Translations under genes and position numbers: made by a program
Assembly: GCA_013151035.1 (NCBI GenBank)
Contig: JAADJB010000018.1
Span: forward strand, 1 to 62,862
Source: Gammaproteobacteria bacterium
GTDB lineage: Bacteria; Pseudomonadota; Gammaproteobacteria; JAADJB01
Length of the DNA stretch: 62,862 nt
Reading direction: 5' to 3'
Notes under the pieces: generated by a model
Told to the model about the DNA's origin: nothing
Database searches by the model: none
Seen by the model: only the letters and a program-made list of their open reading frames with translations
Shown: piece by piece, positions 48,199 to 58,298 of the stretch
How positions within the stretch are numbered: position 1 is the stretch's first letter
How the letters are laid out: each line of letters opens with the position of its first letter

Positions 48199-49542
48199 AT
48201 GCTTAAAGCGTTTGGGTGGGTGTTGTTGGTCTTGTTTGCATCGAATGTGATTGCAGAAAACAAGGTGAGTGAGTATGTGTTTGATAATGGGCTTCGTTTA
48301 ATTGTTAAGGAAGATCATCGTGCCCCGGTAATGGTATCCCAGATCTGGTACAAGGTGGGTTCCAGTTATGAACTGGATGGGCATACCGGGATATCTCATG
48401 TGCTGGAACACATGATGTTCAAGGGTACGGATAACTATGAGCCGGGTGAGTTTTCTCGCATTATTGCACGTAATGGTGGTCGTGAGAATGCCTTTACCGG
48501 GCGGGATTACACGGCTTATTTTCAGCGTATGGAAAAATCGCGTATCGAGGTCAGTTTCAAGCTGGAATCGGATCGTATGCACCGACTCAAGCTACAGGAA
48601 AAGGAGTTTGTTAAAGAGGTTCAGGTGGTGATGGAAGAACGCCGTATGCGTACTGAGGATAAGCCTAAGTCACTAACGCGTGAACACTTTAATGCTACCG
48701 CTTTTATGAATAGCTCTTATCGTAATCCGGTGATTGGCTGGCAACAGGATTTAGAGGAGATGGAGTTGGATGACCTCAGAGAATGGTATCGCTTGTGGTA
48801 TGCGCCGAATAATGCGTTGATTGTGGTGGTGGGTGATGTTGATCCTGATGCGGTATATGCGCTGGCAAAGAAATATTTTTCAGCGATTCCAGCGGTGGCT
48901 ATCAAGCCTGCCAAAAAACGTACTGAGGTTAAACAACGCGGTCTGCGTCGTATTGAGGTGCATGCCGAGGCGAAACTACCCTTTGTCATGATGGGGTACA
49001 AGGTGCCGGTATTGCGTACGGCTGAAAATACCGAAGATGCCTATGCGCTGGAGGTGCTGGCATGGATACTGGATGGTGGTGATGGCGCGCGTATGAGCCG
49101 TTCACTAGTGCGTGGGTCACAGGTGGCAGCAACGGCAGGTGCGGGTTATGACTTGTATGCGCGCCAACAGAGTTTATTAATCCTGCAAGGCGTTCCGGCC
49201 AATGGGCATACTATTAACGAACTGGAACAGGCGTTGCGTGAGCAGATTGCTCTGCTGCGTGAGCAGCCGGTAACATTAGAAGAGTTGCGGCGTGCCAAGG
49301 CACAGGTGGTGGCTGATGCGGTTTATGAAAAGGATTCGATGTTTTATCAGGCGATGCAGATTGGTATGCTGGAGGCATCCGGTTTGGACTGGCAGCAGGG
49401 TGATGATTATGTCAAACGAATACAGGCGGTCACGGTGGAACAGATTCAACAGGCAGCGCGTGATTATCTGATTGAAAATAATTTGACTATTGCGACTCTG
49501 GTGCCAGAGACGACGGCAGCTTCAACAGGAGATGTGAAATGA
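48199..49542 (+). CDS. M16-family zinc peptidase (pitrilysin family), active subunit
   Basis: Inverted zinc motif HVLEHMMFKG (HxxEH). Confidence 0.85.
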   Translation: MLKAFGWVLLVLFASNVIAENKVSEYVFDNGLRLIVKEDHRAPVMVSQIWYKVGSSYELDGHTGISHVLEHMMFKGTDNYEPGEFSRIIARNGGRENAFTGRDYTAYFQRMEKSRIEVSFKLESDRMHRLKLQEKEFVKEVQVVMEERRMRTEDKPKSLTREHFNATAFMNSSYRNPVIGWQQDLEEMELDDLREWYRLWYAPNNALIVVVGDVDPDAVYALAKKYFSAIPAVAIKPAKKRTEVKQRGLRRIEVHAEAKLPFVMMGYKVPVLRTAENTEDAYALEVLAWILDGGDGARMSRSLVRGSQVAATAGAGYDLYARQQSLLILQGVPANGHTINELEQALREQIALLREQPVTLEELRRAKAQVVADAVYEKDSMFYQAMQIGMLEASGLDWQQGDDYVKRIQAVTVEQIQQAARDYLIENNLTIATLVPETTAASTGDVK

Positions 49543-50864
49543 GACGGTTATTTTATATATCATCTTTGTTCTTTGTTTTCCTGACCAGTCAGAACCTGTA
49601 CGCACAGGATATAGATATTCAGCATTGGCAGACCAGCCAGGGTACCAGGGTCTACTTTATTGCCGCACCCGAGTTACCCATGCTGGATGTGCGGGTGGTA
49701 TTTGCTGCGGGTTCTACCCATGATGATGCCTTGCCCGGTCTGGCAGCATTGACCAATACGCTACTCGATAAGGGTGCTGACGGGATGGATGCTGACACCA
49801 TTGCACAACGTATGGACGGGCTTGGTGCCCACTTGGGTGCCGGGTCTGAACGTGATATGGCGTGGTTATCTCTGCGCACTCTAAGTCAGGCGGATTTAAT
49901 GGATGATGCCTTACAGGTTTTTGCCAGCGTATTGAGTCATGCCGATTTTAATGAATCTGATTTTAAGCGTGAACGTGAACGGACGCTGATTGGTTTGAAG
50001 ATGGAGCAGGAACGCCCTGGCGCGATTGCGAGCAGAGCCTTTTACCGCGCTATCTATAATAAGCATCCTTATGCAACATCACCTGCTGGAAACCGGGAAA
50101 GTGTCGAGGCCATTCGTCTGCAACAGGTAAAGGCCTTTTATCAACGTTATTATGTTGCGCAGAATGCGGTGGTGTCGATAGTCGGTGATGTTGACAGGGA
50201 ACAGGCAGAGGCGATTGCCAGGCGTATTACCCGTGACCTGCCCAAAGGTCACGCGGCAGCAGCATTGGCATCTGTCGCTGATCTGGAGACAGGCTCTCAG
50301 CAATATATCCATCACCCTTCGCAACAGAGCCATTTACTGATGGGGCAACCGGGCGTTTATCGGGGTGACCCGGATTATTATGCGCTCTATACCGGGAATT
50401 ATATCCTCGGTGGGGGTGGTCTGGTCTCACGCATGAGTGATGAGGTGCGTGAGAAGCGAGGTCTTGCTTATAGTGCCTACAGTTATTTCCTGCCGATGCA
50501 AAGAAAAGGGCCTTTTATGTTGGGTTTACAAACGCGTAATGATCAGGTGGGCGAAGCGTTGCAGGTGGCACGTAAGACACTAACGGACTTTGTTACAAGC
50601 GGGCCAACGGAAGATGAGGTGGAGGCAGCAATACAGCATATTACCGGTGGCTTTCCCTTGCGTATTGATAGCAATGGCAAGATGATCGGGTATCTGTCGA
50701 TGATTGGTTTTTATGGATTGCCATTGAGTTATCTGGAAGACTTTAATGGAAATATCAGTCGGCTTACTCGGGATGAGATCCATGACGCATTCCGTCGGCG
50801 TATTAATCCTGATCGTATGGTAACGATTGTGGTGGGTGGTGAAGATATATTTAAAGGTGATTAG
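49539..50864 (+). CDS. M16-family peptidase, second (non-catalytic-type) subunit
   Basis: Signal peptide and M16 fold-like sequence with no HxxEH. Translationally coupled to the upstream M16 gene. Confidence 0.8.
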   Translation: MRRLFYISSLFFVFLTSQNLYAQDIDIQHWQTSQGTRVYFIAAPELPMLDVRVVFAAGSTHDDALPGLAALTNTLLDKGADGMDADTIAQRMDGLGAHLGAGSERDMAWLSLRTLSQADLMDDALQVFASVLSHADFNESDFKRERERTLIGLKMEQERPGAIASRAFYRAIYNKHPYATSPAGNRESVEAIRLQQVKAFYQRYYVAQNAVVSIVGDVDREQAEAIARRITRDLPKGHAAAALASVADLETGSQQYIHHPSQQSHLLMGQPGVYRGDPDYYALYTGNYILGGGGLVSRMSDEVREKRGLAYSAYSYFLPMQRKGPFMLGLQTRNDQVGEALQVARKTLTDFVTSGPTEDEVEAAIQHITGGFPLRIDSNGKMIGYLSMIGFYGLPLSYLEDFNGNISRLTRDEIHDAFRRRINPDRMVTIVVGGEDIFKGD

Positions 50865-51355
50865 AGGTTCTTTGGATTAATATCGAGTTGTTGCTCACCG
50901 GTATGGGTATTAACCTGATCCCAGTCTTCGATATCAAAACCAATCTGCACCACTGAGCAAGTTGCCATGTTGTTCATTCTTCCAGAGATGAGTTTATTCG
51001 CCAGATCTTCAAGCCCTGGGTTATGCGCGACAATGGCTATATCGTTATATTGCTTATCCACTTGCTGAATAATGCTGATGAGTTTATCGGTGCTTGCGCA
51101 ATAGAGCTCATCCAGGTAATGGATAGCCTCTTTATCGGCAAGTGGATATTCACACAGTAAGTCCAGTGTTTGCATAGCTCGCCTTGCCGTGCTGCACAGG
51201 ATCATATCAAAATGAACACCCCGTTCAGACAATGCCTTGCCCATCTGCGGGCTATCCATGAGGCCGCGTTCGTTGAGGATACGGTCGTGGTCGTTTGCGC
51301 CGGGTGTGCTCCATGAGGACTTGGCATGACGGATGAGTGTGAGTGTTTTATTCAT
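50861..51355 (-). CDS. sixA: phosphohistidine phosphatase SixA (histidine-phosphatase family)
   Basis: ..LIRHAKS.. RHG-type motif and ..VAHNPG... About 164 aa. Confidence 0.75.
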   Translation of the reverse strand: MNKTLTLIRHAKSSWSTPGANDHDRILNERGLMDSPQMGKALSERGVHFDMILCSTARRAMQTLDLLCEYPLADKEAIHYLDELYCASTDKLISIIQQVDKQYNDIAIVAHNPGLEDLANKLISGRMNNMATCSVVQIGFDIEDWDQVNTHTGEQQLDINPKNL

Positions 51356-51362
51356 AGTAACC

Positions 51363-51423
51363 CCCTAATCATTATTATAACGGTTCAAATCAAATAATCC
51401 GGATAATACGGGCTTGTTTTGTC
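51363..51423. repeat. 61-bp direct repeat, left copy (island boundary / att-like site)
   Basis: Identical to 55945-56005: ccctaatcattattataacggttcaaatcaaataatccggataatacgggcttgttttgtc. Confidence 0.9.
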
Positions 51424-51660
51424 AATTATACAGGGTGACATCTGAAATGTAGGCCTCCTTAGCTAGATGGGTCATCGAAATGTTCTGTGGTGGCATCATC
51501 TTCTGTATTACCGATTCTTTATGTTCGGATGAATAACGATTCATTATTGACTCTCTAGCACCCACCACAGCTTCTATTCTAATAATCTAAGTGAGGCGAT
51601 AACTATCCTGACAGAGGGGGAATAGGCACCCTGAAGCGTTAGCATAGCCACTATTTGACA

Positions 51661-51707
51661 TTTATATCAGTTCTGATATAAACTTGATTATATCGGAATT
51701 GATATAA
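51661..51707 (+). promoter_or_regulatory. two related palindromic operator-like sites (TTATATC-N6-GATATAA) upstream of the island gene
   Basis: tttatatcagttctgatataaa (51661-51682) and ttatatcggaattgatataa (51688-51707), 20-45 bp upstream of the start codon. Confidence 0.4.
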
Positions 51708-51726
51708 ATTCTGCATCAATTCAAAA

Positions 51727-54700
51727 ATGGAAGGTAAATTAGACATTATGACTAAATCACCAAAAACTAAACGTGAGTCATTTGTAGATATTAAGGAACG
51801 TGCAGAACTAATGACAACATTACGTGAGCATGTTAAACAACGCTCTGGCACACAAGCCGAAAAAGCTGGTGATCTTGGTATTACCCAGCCTCGTTTGAAT
51901 GATTTACTCAAAGATCGAATTGATAAATTCAGCCTGGATGCGCTTGTCACACTAGCAACAAAAGCCGGGCTACGCGTTAATATGAACGTTCAGAATGTAC
52001 AAATCCAAGCAGGTCTAGGAACAATTAAGTCAAATCTTGGACCAATACTATCAATATTTGCTCCAGCGCCTAGTGAGTTGGGTAAGTTAGATGCGGCATT
52101 AGGCACCAGCGTTTTTCTTGGTTTATTGCGATGTGAAGCTATTGCGAATGGGTTAAGCTCGAAGGATGTGGTGGTATCATTAAATATCAACATAAAAGAT
52201 GGTGGGGTTGATGCAAAAGTAGATAATTCCCCTACATCCAGCTCCCTGTTATCTAAGGGTAGCACGCACTTTCAAATAAAAACGGGGCCTAGCTTCAAGC
52301 CATGGCAACCCAGTGCCTTAAAGAGAGAATTATTTGGAAAATCGACTGCTAAACCCTCTAAAAAATTATTAGGCGACGAATTAAAAAACTGCCTTGATAA
52401 AAATGGAACATATGCTCTTATTACTTTTGGCCATGATCTATTGCCAAATCAACATACAAAAATAATAAATGAACTTACTAAGTTATTTGAGGCCTGCGGT
52501 TATAAAAGTCCAAAGGTTGGGGTGTTTGGGCAAGGTCAGCTAGTCAGCGAGTTAGATAAATATCCATCTATTTGTCTTTCCTTATTTGGCTTAGACGAAG
52601 GTGGTTTTTTGTCTATTGCAGGCTGGCGTGGAAAGGCTCAAATGCAGCTACCGTTAGAGCTTGGAGATGAACAAAAAACCTTAATACAAGACATACGAAC
52701 AACCTTACAAGATGATACTGTACAGCACATCCGAATAATTGGTGAACCTGGTATTGGTAAGACTCGACTTGTTCTTGAGTCTGTTTCTACTAATGAAATA
52801 GCGCCATCAGTGATTTATGTCCCAACAGGTGAAGATTTTCAGAAAAGCAAATTATTCAATGAGCTTCTCAAATCAGAAAAGCACTATTCTGTTACCTTAG
52901 TCATAGATGATTGTGATGATCGTGACAGATCATCAATTTGGTCGGCATTGAAAGGTCATAGTGGAATCAAATTAATCACAATCGATCATGGATCAGATGA
53001 AACTCATGACAGCACCATGAAGAGTATTATTTGTCCGCAACTGCAAGAAGAGCAAATTAAAAATATTTTGCACTCTTATCTTCAAAAAAATATGGATCTA
53101 CACAATTGGGCTACTTGGTGTAGTGGATCACCTCGTGTCGCACACGCTGTTGGTGAAAATCTTAAAAGTAATCCTGAAGATATTCTCAAATCACCGGCAG
53201 ATGTACCTATTTGGGATCGTTTTATCATTGGTCATAAAGCAATGGATAGCCGTGATGCAGAGCAACACAGGCTTGTGATGCGTCATATTGCTTTGTTTCA
53301 CCGCTTCGGTTTTGAATCGCCAGTGAGTGAAGAAGGTCAATTTATTTGCAACCTCATCAAAGAGGTTGATCCAACAATGACTTGGGGCAGATTCCAAATA
53401 ATTGTACAGCACTATCGAAACAAGCGGGTATTACAGGGTCGACACACATTATTTATTGTACCTAAAGCTTTACATATTCATCTCTGGGTTGAGTTTTGGG
53501 ATAACTACGGGCGAGGATTTGAGTTTATAACCTTTTTAGAGAAAGTCCCCACCAGCATGAAACACTGGTTTTTACAGTTATTTATTTACGCTCATAAGGC
53601 CGCTCCAGCTCAAGATGTAGTAAAAAAGATTTTATCTCCAAAAGGTCCATTCTCAAATCAATCATTCATGAAATCAGAAGTTGGTCTTCGGTTTATAAAG
53701 TACTTAGCAGAAGCAGATCCTATTGCCACACTTGCATTGTTGGAAAGAACGATTAATACTTGGACATATGAGGATCTGTATAAATGGGATGCAGGTCGTC
53801 AAGACATAGTTTGGGCATTAGGAAAAATCTCTGTTTGGGATAGTCTCTTTATTCGTTCAGTAAATATATTGATTCTAATTGTATTAACGGAGAATAGTAC
53901 TTATTCAAATAATTCCAAAGGACTTCTATTAAAGCTGTTCAGCACTGGTCTAGGGTGGGCGCCTACTGAAGCAGCACCGTCGAAACGAATTCCTTTCTTA
54001 AAAGAACTGGTGAAAAGTAGCGATGTGAATAAGCGAGCATTAGGCTTAGAATTATGTCAAGAATGGCTAAAAACTCGTGGTGGTTATAGGATGATAGGTG
54101 CTGAATATCAAGGGCTGAGGCCACCAATTGAATTTTGGTATCCTACGACTTATGGAGAATTGTTTGATTATTGGCGTGAGGTATTGCGTTTTCTACACAA
54201 TGAAATGAAAGGATTTAACACTGCTGACCGAAATCAGGCTGCTAATGTTTTAGTCAACGCGGCCAGAGGGCTGATCAGAATCGATGAGATGTCGAATGAG
54301 GTGATGGATATCTTATTTGACCTTGCCAATGATGATGAGATTAACCGAAAGTTACTTACCCAATTTGTTATATGTGAGCTACAGCAAAGACATAAAAAGC
54401 CGGATAAAAAAATGCTCACTAAAATTCATAAGCTTGATAAGCTATTAACTGGTGAGTCATTGTGGGAGCGAACCAATCGATATGTTCTACATACCAATTG
54501 GGACGAGGATTATATGTTCCGCGGAGAAAAATACAAGAAATTAGACTTACCTAGCAAACGTGTACGCGAATTGGCTAAAGAGTACATGAATGATATCAAT
54601 ATCTTTTCAGAAAACTTAAACAAGTTGGTTCGGGAAAGTGGTCATAGACTGCCTGAATTAGGCGTGGAATGCGGCAAGCTTGCCACCCCTATATTTGATG

Positions 54701-55809
54701 AAGAAATCTTCTCGCATATTCAATTAAAAAGTAATGATATTAATGGCATCTTTATTGGTGGTTATTTGGCTGGCCTTCGCACACATGATGCTGTGCGCTG
54801 GGAAGAACGATTAAATTGCTTATTACACAATAAAGATCTTCGAGAAATTGCAGTAGATTGCATCATACGTTCCGGTTTCACCGAATCAATGTTGCGCTAC
54901 ATGCTTACTTTAATAAGGGAAGGAGAGCTAACATCCATTGCATTTGATAGATTTTCATTTGGGAAGCGCCTTAGTGATATTGAAGATGACTTTTTTCAAG
55001 AAATTATTATTACACTCCTGAAGTATAATGATAATACATCAGCAATTATCTGTACGCAGCTTGTTCAAAATTATTATTTTGATAAAGAATCTTCCGGTGA
55101 GTTTCCAGAGAAAATGGTATTTGATGTCCTCACAGCCACTCTTTTGACTAAAAATAAAGATCAGATGTATGAATACTATTGGAACATAATTGCTGAAGTA
55201 TTTCTTAAAAAACACCCTAATCGAAGCATTGAATTGCTCGCTAAAATTTTAACTAATATGGAAGCAATTTCACGTTATAGTCATTCGGATTACATCACAA
55301 AGGTTGCCGATAAAATTGTTGTTTTATACCCACATGAATCTTGGGAAATTGTTACTGATATATTGGCTTCAGAGATCATGAATCATTATGAAGTGATTTA
55401 CTGGCTGGGTGATACCGGATATGAAAGCAAACCAAAAAGAGGAGCCATTAGCTACATGCCTGCAGAAGAAATCATAAACTGGGTCAATGAAGATAGAGAA
55501 GAAAGATTCTGGCTAATACGAGACATTTTACCTAAAACTGTAGATCAGAATGATGGTGGTCAATTAACGCGATTGATTATCGAAGAGTTTTTCAATGATG
55601 ATAAAATGGTGGGTAGTTTGTTCATACATTTTCATATGGGAACCTGGATTGGGCATGAGAGTAACCACCTGTCTAAAATTCGTGATTCAGTTAGACAGTG
55701 GATATCGGAAGAGCCATCCATCAAAATCCAATCATGGCTAGGAAAATTCATTGATTACCTAAGCAACCACATAGAGGAGGATAAAATTAAAGAAGAAAGG
55801 GAATTTTAA
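51727..55809 (+). CDS. 1360-aa protein: N-terminal XRE-type HTH, unknown ~230-aa domain, STAND/AAA-type P-loop NTPase, ~900-aa alpha-helical repeat C-terminus
   Basis: HTH ..TQAEKAGDLGITQPRLNDLL... Walker A IIGEPGIGKTRLVLE. Walker B TLVIDDCDD. Long helical C-terminal region. An alternative start lies at 51748. Confidence 0.8.
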   Translation: MEGKLDIMTKSPKTKRESFVDIKERAELMTTLREHVKQRSGTQAEKAGDLGITQPRLNDLLKDRIDKFSLDALVTLATKAGLRVNMNVQNVQIQAGLGTIKSNLGPILSIFAPAPSELGKLDAALGTSVFLGLLRCEAIANGLSSKDVVVSLNINIKDGGVDAKVDNSPTSSSLLSKGSTHFQIKTGPSFKPWQPSALKRELFGKSTAKPSKKLLGDELKNCLDKNGTYALITFGHDLLPNQHTKIINELTKLFEACGYKSPKVGVFGQGQLVSELDKYPSICLSLFGLDEGGFLSIAGWRGKAQMQLPLELGDEQKTLIQDIRTTLQDDTVQHIRIIGEPGIGKTRLVLESVSTNEIAPSVIYVPTGEDFQKSKLFNELLKSEKHYSVTLVIDDCDDRDRSSIWSALKGHSGIKLITIDHGSDETHDSTMKSIICPQLQEEQIKNILHSYLQKNMDLHNWATWCSGSPRVAHAVGENLKSNPEDILKSPADVPIWDRFIIGHKAMDSRDAEQHRLVMRHIALFHRFGFESPVSEEGQFICNLIKEVDPTMTWGRFQIIVQHYRNKRVLQGRHTLFIVPKALHIHLWVEFWDNYGRGFEFITFLEKVPTSMKHWFLQLFIYAHKAAPAQDVVKKILSPKGPFSNQSFMKSEVGLRFIKYLAEADPIATLALLERTINTWTYEDLYKWDAGRQDIVWALGKISVWDSLFIRSVNILILIVLTENSTYSNNSKGLLLKLFSTGLGWAPTEAAPSKRIPFLKELVKSSDVNKRALGLELCQEWLKTRGGYRMIGAEYQGLRPPIEFWYPTTYGELFDYWREVLRFLHNEMKGFNTADRNQAANVLVNAARGLIRIDEMSNEVMDILFDLANDDEINRKLLTQFVICELQQRHKKPDKKMLTKIHKLDKLLTGESLWERTNRYVLHTNWDEDYMFRGEKYKKLDLPSKRVRELAKEYMNDINIFSENLNKLVRESGHRLPELGVECGKLATPIFDEEIFSHIQLKSNDINGIFIGGYLAGLRTHDAVRWEERLNCLLHNKDLREIAVDCIIRSGFTESMLRYMLTLIREGELTSIAFDRFSFGKRLSDIEDDFFQEIIITLLKYNDNTSAIICTQLVQNYYFDKESSGEFPEKMVFDVLTATLLTKNKDQMYEYYWNIIAEVFLKKHPNRSIELLAKILTNMEAISRYSHSDYITKVADKIVVLYPHESWEIVTDILASEIMNHYEVIYWLGDTGYESKPKRGAISYMPAEEIINWVNEDREERFWLIRDILPKTVDQNDGGQLTRLIIEEFFNDDKMVGSLFIHFHMGTWIGHESNHLSKIRDSVRQWISEEPSIKIQSWLGKFIDYLSNHIEEDKIKEEREF

Positions 55810-55944
55810 CTCCAATAGGAGCATAAAAAATGACATGGTCTGCTTTGAATTGATTTGAGTCATTATCGCATCTACATCCTTTAAATATCCATATCCACCT
55901 AAGATGCTATTAGAACAATAGTAATAATAGCAAACCTAGCAGTT

Positions 55945-56005
55945 CCCTAATCATTATTATAACGGTTCAAATCAAATAATCCGGATAATACGGGCTTGTT
56001 TTGTC
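55945..56005. repeat. 61-bp direct repeat, right copy (overlaps the last 13 codons and stop of cti)
   Basis: Identical to 51363-51423. Confidence 0.9.
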
Positions 56006-58298
56006 TGTATTCATCCTGAAACCAGTCGGCGAATTTCCAGAAGTCAGGATCACTGCGTCTTACCCCATAGCGACTCACAAATTTTTCATAATCGGCTGGC
56101 GTCTTGATAGAGGCACAGCGGATTGTGAATTCTTCAATCTCTGATAGCGCAACGGAAAAAAAGAAATTGGGGTATGAACCTTCCAGCCATTTGGTTACTG
56201 TGATGGTGTCTTTTTTAATATCGGCACGATCACGTTGATGTTCATCGGCAAGAAATGAGGTGACATTTTTGTAGGCCTTGTTACGAATCAGGGTATAGGC
56301 AAAATGATCCTCTGGATTATCGGTGGTTACGCGGATAAAGGCGACATCAGGGAATGCGTGCAGGCGTTCACCTTGTAGTCGTGCGATCTTTTTCATTGCG
56401 CGGTCGGCATCTTTTGTTGATGTTATGGATGATGGCTTTTTGCAGTTGATGCGCCCACAATCATTCATGCTTTTTGCCAGTGGGGCTATACGGGAGACCC
56501 TGTTTCTAATGTATTGGTATAATTCTTTTTGTGGATTTTCGGTTTGATAACCAACTACCGATTCTGTGTTTAACCATTCCTGCGGGGCAGAAAATAATGT
56601 TTCAATGCTATTGCGTTGTCCTGCATACCAGCTATCACGAATCTCTTTGCGGTGATGGACAGGGAGAAAGGCAAGGAAGTAATCTTCGCCTTCCATGCGT
56701 AGAAAATCCATATAAATTCGTGTGCTGATCAGGTGACTGAGGTTGCCAAAGACATTGAATCCGGCAACCAGTAAATAATGTATACGTTCAAACATCGGGT
56801 AATCAATGATCCATGCCGTCTCCGGGTCGTCTCCAACCAGTCCGTAGGCGACTGAACCGCTATCGAAGTGACGAAAGATGGTGAGTGTGGCATTGGGGTT
56901 TTTGCCATCGCCATCCCAGATGTAATTCATGGCATGCTCCAGTTTGTGGGTACCGATGGTCTTGAACCAGGCTTGTTTGTGTTCCATATAGCGTCTTTGC
57001 CCTTGCCAGTAATCGGTCCATATACGCAGTAGATCCAGGTTACTGTTTTCATCTTCGGGCAACTGTAGTTCATTGACCATTTTTCCGATGAATTGCTCAT
57101 TGTTGGTGATTATTGCCTGCCTGGGATCAAAAAACATAACCCAGAATTGATCCTCAATAACATCAAGCGCGATCTGCCCCCGACAAACGGGGCCTTTAAC
57201 AAAACCCTCGATGAAAAAATGTGCGTCATCCAGTAGAAAACGATAGCGTGAGTTTGCTGGCAGGTCGGAAAAGACCTTGAATGGATTGGAGGTAATACTT
57301 ATCGCGTAGGAGGGTAGTTTTGAGACGGTATAATCCTGGCTCAGGAAAAGTTCTCTGTAACGCTGCATACGTTTATCAGAAAATTCATAGACAATATGAT
57401 TCTTGGCGACAATGACAGGATGATAGCGGAGTAAGCGATAATAGAAGGGGGCATTACCTGGGTCGTCATAGGGACGTAAGGTCGGGATCTCATTAATGGG
57501 TTCTCCCGTGGGTGTGCTGGATCGTACCAGTTGATAAAACTCCCGTTGAGGGGATAGGGCAAAGTGAATATGGGCATGAAACAGGTGTTCATAGAGATAA
57601 CGGCTGACCAGTTGTTGTTTATTGGAGGTCTGATTCAGAAACGCTTCCCATTGTTTGATCTGTGGTACAACGGTAGCGGAGGGGGTTGGCGCTTCTGGTG
57701 TCGGGGCCCCTTGTGCAATCCAGGCGGTTAGCGTTTTATATTCTGTGTCAGACAGGTTTGGCATGGCATAGGGCATGCCCCACAGGGGGTGTTGTTGTGA
57801 ATAGTCCTCGATGGTTTCAAGTGTTGGGCAGGTTTGTTCTCGATCAAGTCCCAACGTGAAGCTATCCGGTAGTTTTTCCTCACGCGGTTGTGGGTGTTGT
57901 TGTTTTAGTCGTAACAGGTGATACATGACCGAGTTTTTTAGATTGTCTTCGGCATTTTGTGAGCCTTCGTTAAGTATTGAAGAAAATCCGAGTGAACGCC
58001 ATTCAGCGCTATTTTTTGCATCAATGAACAAGCGTGTCGCCGGTATCGAATTGATGCGCTCAGGGTTATAGATGCGTTCTTCACTGGCACCACGCCGTAG
58101 ACCTTCGCTGGAGGATAACTTAAGCTGACAGGGGGCATCATAGCAACCATGACAGACGATACAACGTCGTTCCAGTATCGGACTGACTTGCTTATCAAAT
58201 GAAACCGAGTGATCCAGTAGCGCTGAGGATGAGTTCAATTCAACGCTCATGGGTGCAACGGGTGGCCCCAGTGATTGATGAATAAGGAATCCAGACAA
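55947..58298 (-). CDS. cti: fatty-acid cis/trans isomerase (periplasmic haem-c protein)
   Basis: ..RCIVCHGCYDAPCQLKL.. CxxCH haem motif characteristic of Cti. About 780 aa. The true start and signal peptide probably lie upstream of the listed TTG. Confidence 0.85.
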   Translation of the reverse strand: MSGFLIHQSLGPPVAPMSVELNSSSALLDHSVSFDKQVSPILERRCIVCHGCYDAPCQLKLSSSEGLRRGASEERIYNPERINSIPATRLFIDAKNSAEWRSLGFSSILNEGSQNAEDNLKNSVMYHLLRLKQQHPQPREEKLPDSFTLGLDREQTCPTLETIEDYSQQHPLWGMPYAMPNLSDTEYKTLTAWIAQGAPTPEAPTPSATVVPQIKQWEAFLNQTSNKQQLVSRYLYEHLFHAHIHFALSPQREFYQLVRSSTPTGEPINEIPTLRPYDDPGNAPFYYRLLRYHPVIVAKNHIVYEFSDKRMQRYRELFLSQDYTVSKLPSYAISITSNPFKVFSDLPANSRYRFLLDDAHFFIEGFVKGPVCRGQIALDVIEDQFWVMFFDPRQAIITNNEQFIGKMVNELQLPEDENSNLDLLRIWTDYWQGQRRYMEHKQAWFKTIGTHKLEHAMNYIWDGDGKNPNATLTIFRHFDSGSVAYGLVGDDPETAWIIDYPMFERIHYLLVAGFNVFGNLSHLISTRIYMDFLRMEGEDYFLAFLPVHHRKEIRDSWYAGQRNSIETLFSAPQEWLNTESVVGYQTENPQKELYQYIRNRVSRIAPLAKSMNDCGRINCKKPSSITSTKDADRAMKKIARLQGERLHAFPDVAFIRVTTDNPEDHFAYTLIRNKAYKNVTSFLADEHQRDRADIKKDTITVTKWLEGSYPNFFFSVALSEIEEFTIRCASIKTPADYEKFVSRYGVRRSDPDFWKFADWFQDEYRQNKPVLSGLFDLNRYNND

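Larger units (their letters stand above)
51424..55944 (+). mobile_element. 4.5-kb single-gene genomic island inserted between cti and sixA (no integrase present)
   Basis: AT-rich compared with the flanks. Bounded by perfect 61-bp direct repeats whose sequence includes the 3' end of cti. Confidence 0.7.

Noticed and set aside
51363-56005. Possibility that the 61-bp direct repeats derive from a tRNA 3' end (classic island att site)
   Set aside because: The repeat encodes the C-terminus of cti and has no tRNA-like acceptor/T-arm structure. No tRNA gene was seen nearby.
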